A stretch of DNA of 43,102 nt from Escherichia phage AV104. This document shows positions 36,219 to 43,102 of the stretch, piece after piece. A program made the translations under genes and the position numbers. The stretch's first letter is position 1, and the number at the start of each line of letters is the position of its first letter. The notes under the pieces were generated by a model that did no database searches, was not told where the DNA came from, and worked only from the letters and a program-made list of their open reading frames with translations. The stretch lies in the sequence record OR352935.1. The stretch is one strand, 5' to 3'.

Positions 36219-36252
36219 TCACTTATCGAAACGAGACAGAGGAGTGAGGGTT

Positions 36253-36447
36253 ATGTTTAAACGTGGTCAGTTGGCTAAAACGAAGCGAGGCGAACAGTAC
36301 GTAATAGTGTTGCAGGACGAGAACGAGTATGACGAGGATAAGCTGGTTGACGTATGGGGTCTGGTAAGAAAGAAACCCGGGTTCGCCTTACGCGATAATC
36401 TGAAACTCATCGGCAACAATTTTAAATTCAAAGGGGATAACACGTGA
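36253..36447 (+). CDS. hypothetical early protein
   Basis: ORF with GGAG RBS; first gene after the early promoter. Confidence 0.45.
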   Translation: MFKRGQLAKTKRGEQYVIVLQDENEYDEDKLVDVWGLVRKKPGFALRDNLKLIGNNFKFKGDNT

Positions 36448-36701
36448 TGGAAGAACTAATTTGTATTGAATCCAGCCAGGATGTGCAGGATTGGTTTGTT
36501 AAAGGTAACAGATATTCGTCCGGAGTATATTCCGACGGCCGTCGATATGTTTTAGACGAAGACGGTGATGAATGGGATTTAAATGACGATGTAAGAGAAA
36601 CTTTAACCGTTAGCAGGGTCAATGCTGTTTCTGCCTCATTCACAACGGCATCGAATCATGATGCTCGTGCCGACGACTCTGAGGGAGGTTGCCGTGAATA
36701 A
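36444..36701 (+). CDS. acidic hypothetical early protein
   Basis: 85 aa, Asp/Glu-rich; ATGA coupling. Confidence 0.45.
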   Translation: MMEELICIESSQDVQDWFVKGNRYSSGVYSDGRRYVLDEDGDEWDLNDDVRETLTVSRVNAVSASFTTASNHDARADDSEGGCRE

Positions 36702-36749
36702 TTACCCGTTTATTTTAATAGTCAGCGCCGTTTATGTGGTGCATGCGTT

Positions 36750-36983
36750 ATGGGGGCTGGTATGAGAAAACACATAATAAAGGTAGACCATCTGGACGGA
36801 GTTAAATTGCCGACGAATAAAGTAGAAACGTGGTGTGGGGCCACTCCATCGTACGGTGAATGGCTGTTCCAGGATGCTCAACACGCCTTAATTGCTGTAG
36901 AAAACGGATTCAGGCAAGAGCCTTGCGCACAGTGTTTATCCGCTATCGCCCAGATCGCAACTCAGGCGTTAAGTGAGGACTAA
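36750..36983 (+). CDS. hypothetical protein
   Basis: 77 aa ORF. Confidence 0.4.
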   Translation: MGAGMRKHIIKVDHLDGVKLPTNKVETWCGATPSYGEWLFQDAQHALIAVENGFRQEPCAQCLSAIAQIATQALSED

Positions 36984-36986
36984 GTT

Positions 36987-37130
36987 ATGAGAGAAGCATT
37001 CGAACGGTGGGCCGTCGTCGAGGGTCTGCCGGTTAACAAGGGTTCGAAGAAAGAGTACCTGAACGTTAAGACGCGTCTCGCGTGGCGGGCGTGGAAAGCT
37101 GGTGTGTTGTTTATCGCGAATCGGAGGTGA
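36987..37130 (+). CDS. small hypothetical protein (47 aa)
   Basis: ATG at 36987; fills gap; Trp/Arg-rich. Confidence 0.3.
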   Translation: MREAFERWAVVEGLPVNKGSKKEYLNVKTRLAWRAWKAGVLFIANRR

Positions 37131-37133
37131 TTT

Positions 37134-37319
37134 ATGGGTGAGTGGATTAAGTGTAGTGAGCGGATGCCTGAGCCTTATGAATACGTTCTTGTAACTGATT
37201 GTTTTGTTGGCTGTGAGGTTATGCGTGTTAATTCAGATGGCTACTGGGGGCCTGCAAAGAGTTTATATCACGGTGATATAACGCACTGGATGCCGTTACC
37301 TGAGCCGCCGGAGGTGTGA
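37134..37319 (+). CDS. hypothetical protein
   Basis: 61 aa ORF with GGAGG RBS. Confidence 0.45.
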   Translation: MGEWIKCSERMPEPYEYVLVTDCFVGCEVMRVNSDGYWGPAKSLYHGDITHWMPLPEPPEV

Positions 37320-37352
37320 TGTTCAATAGTTTGGGATTTTACTGAGTGACTT

Positions 37353-37406
37353 ACGCTGCTACACAGCAGCGTACAACTTTAGATTAGTGTCGTCAAAAAG
37401 CGACAC
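37353..37406 (+). promoter_or_regulatory. pair of intergenic hairpins
   Basis: ACGCTGCT-ACAC-AGCAGCGT (37353-37372) and GTGTCG-TCAAAAAG-CGACAC (37387-37406). Confidence 0.35.
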
Positions 37407-37453
37407 TTCCACCAAACGAAACAATAGGAGCGACTATTGCAGGAGACGCAACA

Positions 37454-37624
37454 ATGAAACTGAATGACATCGTAACCTGGACTGGTAGAAACGGAGAAAA
37501 GCGATTCGGGCTTATTGTTGCGCCAGACGGCAACAAGTACCGTGTTATGCGATGGCGTCAGTGGGCACGACGCCCGAGGTACTACTGGATCCGTGGCGAA
37601 CGATTATCTTTAAAACACCAATAA
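37454..37624 (+). CDS. small basic hypothetical protein (56 aa)
   Basis: ATG with AGGAG RBS; Arg/Trp-rich. Confidence 0.4.
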   Translation: MKLNDIVTWTGRNGEKRFGLIVAPDGNKYRVMRWRQWARRPRYYWIRGERLSLKHQ

Positions 37625-37631
37625 AATTTAC

Positions 37632-37660
37632 TTGCACACACAGATATAATAGACTACTAT
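37632..37660 (+). promoter_or_regulatory. early promoter (TTGCAC-17-TACTAT, spacer contains TATAATAG)
   Basis: same architecture and leader (GTTATCGAAACGAGAGGAG) as 36190-36243. Confidence 0.45.
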
Positions 37661-37691
37661 TCAGTTATCGAAACGAGAGGAGAGAGAGAAG

Positions 37692-37829
37692 ATGGGCTGG
37701 TACGGTAGCTGGGCATTAGGTGAACTGGTAGACGCTTACGAAATAATGGGTAGCACTTCGGTATGCGACGGTGACACTAAATCGCTGCTAGTCGGGGTCG
37801 ATGAGAAAAGGGGTGAAGACGATGAATAA
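37692..37829 (+). CDS. small hypothetical protein (45 aa)
   Basis: ATG 8 nt after GAGAGAGA RBS-like leader. Confidence 0.3.
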   Translation: MGWYGSWALGELVDAYEIMGSTSVCDGDTKSLLVGVDEKRGEDDE

Positions 37830-37977
37830 TTTCGTGGTGCAAGCAATGTACGCTGAGGAAATGGCAAAAAGTATGTTAGAGCAAACATTACATTTCGCTA
37901 AGCTGCAAGGGTTCGACGTACAGACAGTAGGCGACGAAATAGTATTGACCGAGAAGTCGGAGAACGGCGATGAGTAA
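37822..37977 (+). CDS. small hypothetical protein (51 aa)
   Basis: overlapping start inside the previous stop region. Confidence 0.3.
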   Translation: MNNFVVQAMYAEEMAKSMLEQTLHFAKLQGFDVQTVGDEIVLTEKSENGDE

Positions 37978-38335
37978 CAATGACGCAGTAATCGAGTTCC
38001 TGTTTAACCAACTACAGCAGCAGCTAACGAACAACCCATACAAGCAACAGTGCGAAGACCTGGCGCATGAGGTGCAGTCACTTAAGAATCAGTTACGCGA
38101 TATGTCGGAGCTGGTGGATGCGCTACTGGGGACGATAACGTTAATGAACGGGAAATCTAGTTGCCGTAAAGAAGACGCGCAGGAATGCTACCATAACTGG
38201 CGATTCGTCGGGGGTAAGTCGCCCGCCGTATGTATTAATTGCGGTGTGACTAAAGCCGAGGAATGTAAGCACGATTGGTACTTTTACGATAAAGGCGCCT
38301 CGATGATGTGCAAGAAATGTGGGCTGAAGAAATGA
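37970..38335 (+). CDS. zinc-ribbon protein, paralogue A (coiled-coil N-terminus, two C-x-H-x-W...C-x2-C-G units)
   Basis: ECYHNWRFVGGKSPAVCINCGVTK and ECKHDWYFYDKGASMMCKKCGLKK. Confidence 0.5.
   Translation: MSNNDAVIEFLFNQLQQQLTNNPYKQQCEDLAHEVQSLKNQLRDMSELVDALLGTITLMNGKSSCRKEDAQECYHNWRFVGGKSPAVCINCGVTKAEECKHDWYFYDKGASMMCKKCGLKK
38160..38187 (+). repeat. direct DNA repeat shared by zinc-ribbon paralogues A and B (GTTGCCGTAAAGAAGACGC..A.GAATG)
   Basis: second copy at 38809-38836; both encode SGCRKEDAQEC. Confidence 0.6.
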
Positions 38336-38535
38336 CCAGCATCCTCTTTATCTGGGTACTGTCCGCAGGCCAGATGCAACTGGCGGCAGCAGAAACGTTT
38401 TATTCGATGGAGGCGTGCCAGTCAGCGGCACGCGCCGCAGAGAACGCGCACTTCCTGTTTCAGGGCGACAAGCCCAACGATTCAGAGGTACGCGCTATCT
38501 GCTCACCCAAGCGACTTGGTAAACAGGAGAAGTGA
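38332..38535 (+). CDS. small protein with N-terminal hydrophobic segment
   Basis: ATG overlaps upstream stop; MTSILFIWVLSAGQMQLAAA signal-like N-terminus. Confidence 0.35.
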   Translation: MTSILFIWVLSAGQMQLAAAETFYSMEACQSAARAAENAHFLFQGDKPNDSEVRAICSPKRLGKQEK

Positions 38536-38909
38536 TTATGGTACAGAGATATAACGCTTCATATAACGACTATTATGAAAACGATGCCGGTGAGTTTGTA
38601 AGTTATGAAGACTATGTGAAACTCGAAGCAGATTTTAAGGCGTACAAAGCCTCTGCTTACATGGTTGCAGAGCAGTATGCGGGGGTAATTAAGGAACTCG
38701 AAGCCGAGTTACAGAAATACAAAGACCAGTTCCCGGATTACGTCGAGTGCGCGAACTGTAGGTCAGTTACACATGTGGAAGGAGTTGAAGACGCTATGGG
38801 GCAATCCGGTTGCCGTAAAGAAGACGCCCAAGAATGTGAACACGTGTGGAATAGGTACATTGTACACCCTCACAGAAAGATATGTTTAGTATGCGGGGTG
38901 AAGGAATGA
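38532..38909 (+). CDS. zinc-ribbon protein, paralogue B
   Basis: CANCRSV...SGCRKEDAQECEHVWNRYIVHPHRKICLVCGVKE. Confidence 0.5.
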   Translation: MIMVQRYNASYNDYYENDAGEFVSYEDYVKLEADFKAYKASAYMVAEQYAGVIKELEAELQKYKDQFPDYVECANCRSVTHVEGVEDAMGQSGCRKEDAQECEHVWNRYIVHPHRKICLVCGVKE

Positions 38910-39199
38910 CACTTGCAACTGACATCCTGAAACGAAGCGGCATTGCGCCGCTGTCACCGAGAGCTAAAACACAGATATACAAGCGCCGAGGTAACGCGCT
39001 GTACCCCGAGATTCAGGCCAGACGCAAAGCTGTCCGCGCCTGTGGATTCCAGAACGGGAAGGCCGTGAATCTCGGTGAGTTTAAAACACAGGAACGCGCA
39101 GCTATCGCTAATCGGCTATTTAATTACTGGAAATCGCTGGGGTACGATGATATTCCGACGAAACCGCAGAGACGGCAATACATCTGGAGACACAAATAA
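38906..39199 (+). CDS. AP2-like DNA-binding protein (putative)
   Basis: NGKAVNLGEFKTQERAAIANRLFNYW resembles an AP2-type strand-helix core; ATGA coupling. Confidence 0.35.
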   Translation: MTLATDILKRSGIAPLSPRAKTQIYKRRGNALYPEIQARRKAVRACGFQNGKAVNLGEFKTQERAAIANRLFNYWKSLGYDDIPTKPQRRQYIWRHK

Positions 39200-39229
39200 A
39201 CCGTTATTAGGATAATTCCTACCCGTGGT

Positions 39230-39269
39230 ATCCTCCAGTTACTGCATACTTAATACGCACCTGGAGGAT
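39230..39269 (+). promoter_or_regulatory. hairpin sequestering the holin Shine-Dalgarno
   Basis: perfect 9-bp stem ATCCTCCAG / CTGGAGGAT with 22-nt loop; the 3' arm contains the GGAGGA SD located 6 nt before the TTG start at 39275. Confidence 0.45.
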
Positions 39270-39274
39270 TCATC

Positions 39275-39583
39275 TTGGATAAATTTACTGAAACAGTGAC
39301 GGGCTGGCTTCTCGCTGCCGCACTCGCCGGAGGGGTCATCGGACTACGACAACATAAGTCCGTTATTTCTGGCCCTATCGACGGCTTCTGCTTCATCGCT
39401 ACTGGTTTCGCCTGCGCCGTATTTGGCGCCCCTCTTGCAGCTCAATGGTTCGGTATCACGGGCGACCGTGAAATCGCTGGCCTGGGCTTTATCATCGCTA
39501 TTCTCTGGATGCCTATTTATTCCCGTCTCTCCGGTATTGTTGCCGGAGAATACATCTCACGTCGAGGAGGCCCGGATGAATGA
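39275..39583 (+). CDS. holin-like membrane protein
   Basis: 102 aa with about three hydrophobic helices; TTG start; directly upstream of a second membrane protein and the endolysin. Confidence 0.55.
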   Translation: MDKFTETVTGWLLAAALAGGVIGLRQHKSVISGPIDGFCFIATGFACAVFGAPLAAQWFGITGDREIAGLGFIIAILWMPIYSRLSGIVAGEYISRRGGPDE

Positions 39584-39848
39584 GTTATTCTGGTTCGCCG
39601 TAATGTTGGCGATGGGCGCTTCGTCCCTGTTCAACGTGTATAATGAATGTGTTGACGACGGGCTATTCGGTCGGGTGCTCTATATCCTGACTGCTATCGT
39701 CTGCGCTGCCGGATGCATCCACCTGTTACATGGCAGCATGTCGCCAACGCTGCCTGAGACATTAATCACATTAGTCGCGCTGCGCCAGATTCGTCAGGCG
39801 TGGCTGTCATACGGAGGGCATAAGCGTGTCTCGAAACATTTCAGATAA
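39576..39848 (+). CDS. second lysis-cassette membrane protein (holin/antiholin-like)
   Basis: 90 aa, two hydrophobic helices; ATG overlaps the holin stop (ATGAATGA). Confidence 0.45.
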   Translation: MNELFWFAVMLAMGASSLFNVYNECVDDGLFGRVLYILTAIVCAAGCIHLLHGSMSPTLPETLITLVALRQIRQAWLSYGGHKRVSKHFR

Positions 39849-40311
39849 TGGATTGCATTTTACCGCCGCGTTCGAGGGATTCCGTGGAACTGCGTATCGT
39901 GCTACGCCGAACGAGAAGTACCTTACCATAGGCTACGGCCACTACGGGCCGGACGTAACACCAGGTAAGACCATCACACCAGGACAGGGCTTGCTGTTAC
40001 TGAATCGCGATATGGCTAAGGCTGTAGCTGCGGTTGATGCAGCGGCACACCATTCATTAACACAGGCGCAGTTCGATGCAGTGTGTGACCTGGTGTATAA
40101 CGCGGGCGCCGGCGTGATTGCGTCTACTACGGGCACGGGTAAGGCTCTGCGTTACGGTGATATTCCGACGCTGCGGGCTAAGCTGGCGCTGTTCATCAAC
40201 CAGAACGGCAAACCGTTACTCGGCCTGCGTCGCCGTACCGCAGGCCGCCTGGCGCTGTTCGATGGTAAGCCGTGGCAAGAGGCTGAGGCTATCGGGAGGG
40301 CTGTTAAATGA
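39826..40311 (+). CDS. endolysin (phage lysozyme, GH24-like)
   Basis: 161 aa; N-terminal FEGFRGTAYRATPNEKYLTIGYGHY matches the lysozyme catalytic region pattern. Confidence 0.75.
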   Translation: MSRNISDNGLHFTAAFEGFRGTAYRATPNEKYLTIGYGHYGPDVTPGKTITPGQGLLLLNRDMAKAVAAVDAAAHHSLTQAQFDAVCDLVYNAGAGVIASTTGTGKALRYGDIPTLRAKLALFINQNGKPLLGLRRRTAGRLALFDGKPWQEAEAIGRAVK

Positions 40312-40438
40312 TGGACGAATATGAAGGCGTTTAGTAAACTTATCCCTACGCTGTTTGTGCTTGCATACTAAGCCCCGGTAAACCCGAAGCAGCAGCCCAA
40401 GCGGTGGAGACTGCGTAGGGTTCAGAGGCTTATGGCCG

Positions 40439-40470
40439 AAACCCGGACCGCGAATCCGGGTTTTATTTTA
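40439..40470 (+). terminator. rho-independent terminator
   Basis: ACCCGGA-CCGCGAA-TCCGGGT followed by TTTTATTTT. Confidence 0.6.
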
Positions 40471-40542
40471 CCAATTGACACCTAAGACTAATCCGACGAT
40501 ACTTAAATCACCTCCTGTTCCATCCCTCTGCTCTCCAGTTTT

Positions 40543-40576
40543 ATCCCGGCCCTGACCCAGCCGGGATTTTTTTTTA
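40543..40576 (+). terminator. rho-independent terminator
   Basis: ATCCCGGC-loop-GCCGGGAT followed by TTTTTTTTT. Confidence 0.65.
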
Positions 40577-40597
40577 TCTGTTTTCCACAATGACTAG

Positions 40598-40626
40598 TTG
40601 ACTATTACCATCGACCCTATTATATT
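40598..40626 (+). promoter_or_regulatory. sigma70-like promoter TTGACT-17-TATATT
   Basis: canonical spacing; spacer contains CCCTATTATA motif; followed by leader ...CGACAACGAGAACGGAG and ATG at 40660. Confidence 0.5.
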
Positions 40627-40659
40627 TACTCCATCGACAACGAGAACGGAGTATAGAAG

Positions 40660-40809
40660 ATGAAAATCACAGATATCGAAGCATTCAAAGACGCACAACT
40701 GATGGCACGTATCGCCGTTAGTAACCTTAGTAGCAGTATCCCCGCTGACGCGTTCTGGTTCGCAGCGATGCAGACCCTGAAAGCAGCTTATGCAGGAGAG
40801 AAGAAATGA
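40660..40809 (+). CDS. small hypothetical protein (49 aa)
   Basis: first ORF after promoter 40598; ends GEKK with GGAGAGAAGAAATGA junction. Confidence 0.35.
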   Translation: MKITDIEAFKDAQLMARIAVSNLSSSIPADAFWFAAMQTLKAAYAGEKK

Positions 40810-40961
40810 GCGAACAAGGTCAGGTAAGCCAACCGTTACGAGTAGGCCGTAAAGTCAGTCACACCCCGTTCCCTACACGCGAGGAACTGATGAAACGTAA
40901 CAGTTTCCCTGGGCCGGACAAGAACAAGTATCTCAATCGCATGTGGGGAGAGAAGAAATGA
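40806..40961 (+). CDS. small hypothetical protein (51 aa)
   Basis: ATGA coupling; also ends GEKK with the same junction sequence. Confidence 0.35.
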   Translation: MSEQGQVSQPLRVGRKVSHTPFPTREELMKRNSFPGPDKNKYLNRMWGEKK

Positions 40962-41194
40962 CTGACCGTGAATACGAAAAGATGATGGTAGAGGCTGTTA
41001 ACGGCGGCATAGACATCAGCCACGTGATGCACGTCCTGAATACTAAAATCGCTGTAGCGGAGCAAATGGTTGAGTCGCTTTATGAGACGCGCCGTGAACT
41101 GATTAACCGCTTCAACCTGAACAAACCTGCTCCTACTAACGACGATTTTGATGGCGATTACAGAAATGGTGATTTTTATGAGGGAGCAGAATAA
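40958..41194 (+). CDS. hypothetical protein
   Basis: ATG at 40958 coupled to the previous stop. Confidence 0.4.
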   Translation: MTDREYEKMMVEAVNGGIDISHVMHVLNTKIAVAEQMVESLYETRRELINRFNLNKPAPTNDDFDGDYRNGDFYEGAE

Positions 41195-41433
41195 TGCCTA
41201 AAATCACAATCGCATCACTCGAGCGTCGTATTCTGGTGCTTGAGTCAGAGAAACAGACGTTAGGCGGGCAACTGTCAATTAATGGTGAGTTTCAACTGGA
41301 GGCGTTTAAGTTGTTGCTTGATAAGTTGAAAGCGGACGAAAAGCCTTGCGAGCACGATTACTACCTACATGTGGTTGGTGGATTACATCGGGCCACGTGC
41401 ATCAAATGCGGTAAAGCGTATGGAGTCGCCTAA
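41194..41433 (+). CDS. zinc-ribbon protein, paralogue C
   Basis: coiled-coil N-terminus then CEHDYYLHVVGGLHRATCIKCGKAYG. Confidence 0.45.
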   Translation: MPKITIASLERRILVLESEKQTLGGQLSINGEFQLEAFKLLLDKLKADEKPCEHDYYLHVVGGLHRATCIKCGKAYGVA

Positions 41434-41602
41434 GCCGGTAGTTATTGAGGGCGTCCTGTGGAAACCTTACTCGGTTAACCACATCGACGCCGACGGGAAG
41501 AAGTTCAGCTTCTACATTTTTGCAATTAGCCGGGAGCACGCCGCTTGTGTGGTAGACGATATACGAGAAACGGCGTGGCTTGGTGATGAGATAGTGGGGT
41601 GA
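41420..41602 (+). CDS. hypothetical protein
   Basis: internal ATG of track ORF 41369-41602 with better spacing to the upstream gene. Confidence 0.35.
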   Translation: MESPKPVVIEGVLWKPYSVNHIDADGKKFSFYIFAISREHAACVVDDIRETAWLGDEIVG

Positions 41603-41674
41603 GAGTATGGGACTCGAGGTGGATATCAGTCTCTTAATCGGGTTGTTGGTTGGCTTTCTGTGGGGTAAATATTA

Positions 41675-41845
41675 ATGTTCAGTGACATTAACGCGGCAAT
41701 CGAAGAGGCAATCTGGCGCCGCTACAATGGCGAGCAACAGCGGCACTTCTGCCTGGTGCAACGGGGTAACATGATTGCCGTAGTACAGGACCGCGATAAC
41801 AAGTATACGAATGCGATGTGGACAACGAGGAATTTCTTAGGATGA
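41675..41845 (+). CDS. small hypothetical protein (56 aa)
   Basis: ATG at 41675; fills gap. Confidence 0.3.
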   Translation: MFSDINAAIEEAIWRRYNGEQQRHFCLVQRGNMIAVVQDRDNKYTNAMWTTRNFLG

Positions 41846-42078
41846 TTACCAGCATTCCGAATCTGATTAAAGAATTTGGCACGATGGCGGAGACATGCCG
41901 TCAAACAGGCATCAACGAAATGACGATTGCGAAGTACAGTAAAGACGTTAACTGTGAGCGCCATGTAATTTATAACAACCGGCTGATGACGCACGTTAAG
42001 ACAAGCCCGGTGTTATTCACGCGCCGTGGTATCACTAAAACAGAGCAACGTATTGCTAAAGAGGAGAGTGGGGAATGA
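41842..42078 (+). CDS. hypothetical protein
   Basis: ATGA coupling. Confidence 0.4.
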   Translation: MITSIPNLIKEFGTMAETCRQTGINEMTIAKYSKDVNCERHVIYNNRLMTHVKTSPVLFTRRGITKTEQRIAKEESGE

Positions 42079-42371
42079 GTGAGATGAAACCTTGCAGATG
42101 TTGTGGCATTAAACAAAGCCCGGTTGATGAAAAGAACGCTGAATACGAAACACTCGTCAGCTTAGTGCTTCAATGTGGTGATGAGAAGCAATTATTGACT
42201 CTTATCGACATTATGCGGTCCAAGATAACAACCTGTGTATCGTCGTCTGACCCTAACAAACTGCCGTACCCTGATAAAGAGTTGTGGCACGTACGAATCA
42301 TGGCTGATGCTGTTATGATTTTGCAGGATAAGTTATTAACCCGTAGTATGCGAAAGGAGGGCGGGGAATGA
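42075..42371 (+). CDS. Cys-rich hypothetical protein
   Basis: 98 aa; N-terminal CRCCGIK cluster. Confidence 0.45.
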   Translation: MSEMKPCRCCGIKQSPVDEKNAEYETLVSLVLQCGDEKQLLTLIDIMRSKITTCVSSSDPNKLPYPDKELWHVRIMADAVMILQDKLLTRSMRKEGGE

Positions 42372-42473
42372 GACTACTAATCATCCCCAACGCATGGGCT
42401 ATCGCCGTAGCTAACGACCATTACGGCGGCGATGGTAAAAGAGCACCACGACACGGCCTATATAACTGATACA

Positions 42474-42496
42474 AGCCCTCTACGGAGGGCTTTTCT
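42474..42496 (+). terminator. rho-independent terminator
   Basis: AGCCCTC-TACG-GAGGGCT followed by TTTCTG. Confidence 0.6.
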
Positions 42497-42590
42497 GTAC
42501 ATCCCGCCCAATCCCCTTATATAATCCCTTTAGACGCGTAGGGCGCGTCTGGTGCGCTCTGATGGTCAGACGCATATGCAAGGGGATTCT

Positions 42591-43102
42591 ATGAAGCTGA
42601 AACTCAAGCAGCCATCGCCAGAGGTGGTGCAAGCCGCGCATGAAGAGGCTGTTAGTGCCAACCGTCGCCGTAAACGGCCGCGCGGCAAACAGAGCCTTTA
42701 CCAGTCATCCCGTAATTCTGCGGCATTGTGGGACCCGGACTATTGTGACGAACTGATTCGTTTCTTTGACCGCAACTCGTGGGAACTTGTGCCCACGTCC
42801 AAGGGTGATGAACGTCCTCTTATTCAGGATAAGCCCCCGTCACTGGCTCGCTTCGCCTTACACATCGGCGTTACTATCCCGATTATTAAGCTGTGGCTGC
42901 GCGAGATTCCCGCATTTGCAGAAGCCTGGGAGACCGCCCAGGCACTGGAAGAGGCATACTTCACTGAGACGGGAGCGGCTGGCATCTCCGCTACGTTTGC
43001 CGCTGCGAAACTGGGGCTGAATAAGAAAGAAGAATCGACTGGCGAGGGTTCGGAACCTATCGAGATTCGTTTCGTTAAGGCCGTTAAACCAGGGGGAGAG
43101 TA
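42591..43102 (+). CDS. terminase small subunit (3' end truncated by window edge; stop completed by base 1 if circular)
   Basis: ORF open to the window end (not in ORF track because it has no in-window stop); gene immediately precedes terL across the junction; last two bases TA plus the A of terL ATG form TAA. Confidence 0.55.
   Translation, partial: MKLKLKQPSPEVVQAAHEEAVSANRRRKRPRGKQSLYQSSRNSAALWDPDYCDELIRFFDRNSWELVPTSKGDERPLIQDKPPSLARFALHIGVTIPIIKLWLREIPAFAEAWETAQALEEAYFTETGAAGISATFAAAKLGLNKKEESTGEGSEPIEIRFVKAVKPGGE

Noticed and set aside
40330-40475. Possible tRNA downstream of the endolysin
   Set aside because: No cloverleaf: the only strong stem-loop (ACCCGGA...TCCGGGT) is followed by a T-tract and has a CCGCGAA loop rather than a T-psi-C loop, so it is a terminator
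1-43102. Integrase, CI-type repressor, CRISPR array, rRNA or tRNA genes
   Set aside because: None recognised on either strand; no repeat-spacer periodicity; the HTH proteins present are Cro-like and AlpA-like only

Overview
The window reads as a complete, circularly permuted ~43.1 kb genome of a tailed dsDNA phage (siphovirus-like, apparently virulent: no integrase or CI-type repressor found). It is opened at the terminase large subunit start, and the terminase small subunit runs off the 3' end so that its stop codon is completed by the first base of the window. Layout: (i) + strand, 1-23.6 kb: packaging, head, neck, tail, tape measure, lambda-like M/L/K/I-J tail tip genes and a beta-helix tailspike, interrupted at 11.5-13.7 kb by a reverse-strand accessory island (HNH-AP2 endonuclease, HTH-metallophosphoesterase, secreted small protein); (ii) - strand, 23.6-35.8 kb: replication module (SF2 helicase, compact C5-methyltransferase-like protein, VRR-NUC, family A DNA polymerase, Cas4-like nuclease, primase/helicase, AlpA-like HTH) with several tiny ATGA-coupled ORFs; (iii) + strand, 36.2-42.5 kb: many small early proteins including a paralogous zinc-ribbon family, holin/endolysin, then terS. 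The most unusual signals are two paralogous ~110-nt conserved elements, each immediately downstream of a near-identical sigma70-like promoter (4.8 kb and 35.9 kb), with compensatory hairpin changes suggesting structured RNAs, and a recurring promoter/operator motif (TATAATAG-N3-ACTATTCA) in front of early and accessory genes. All functional calls rest on motifs read directly from the translations and on gene order; no database search was possible, so family names are hypotheses.
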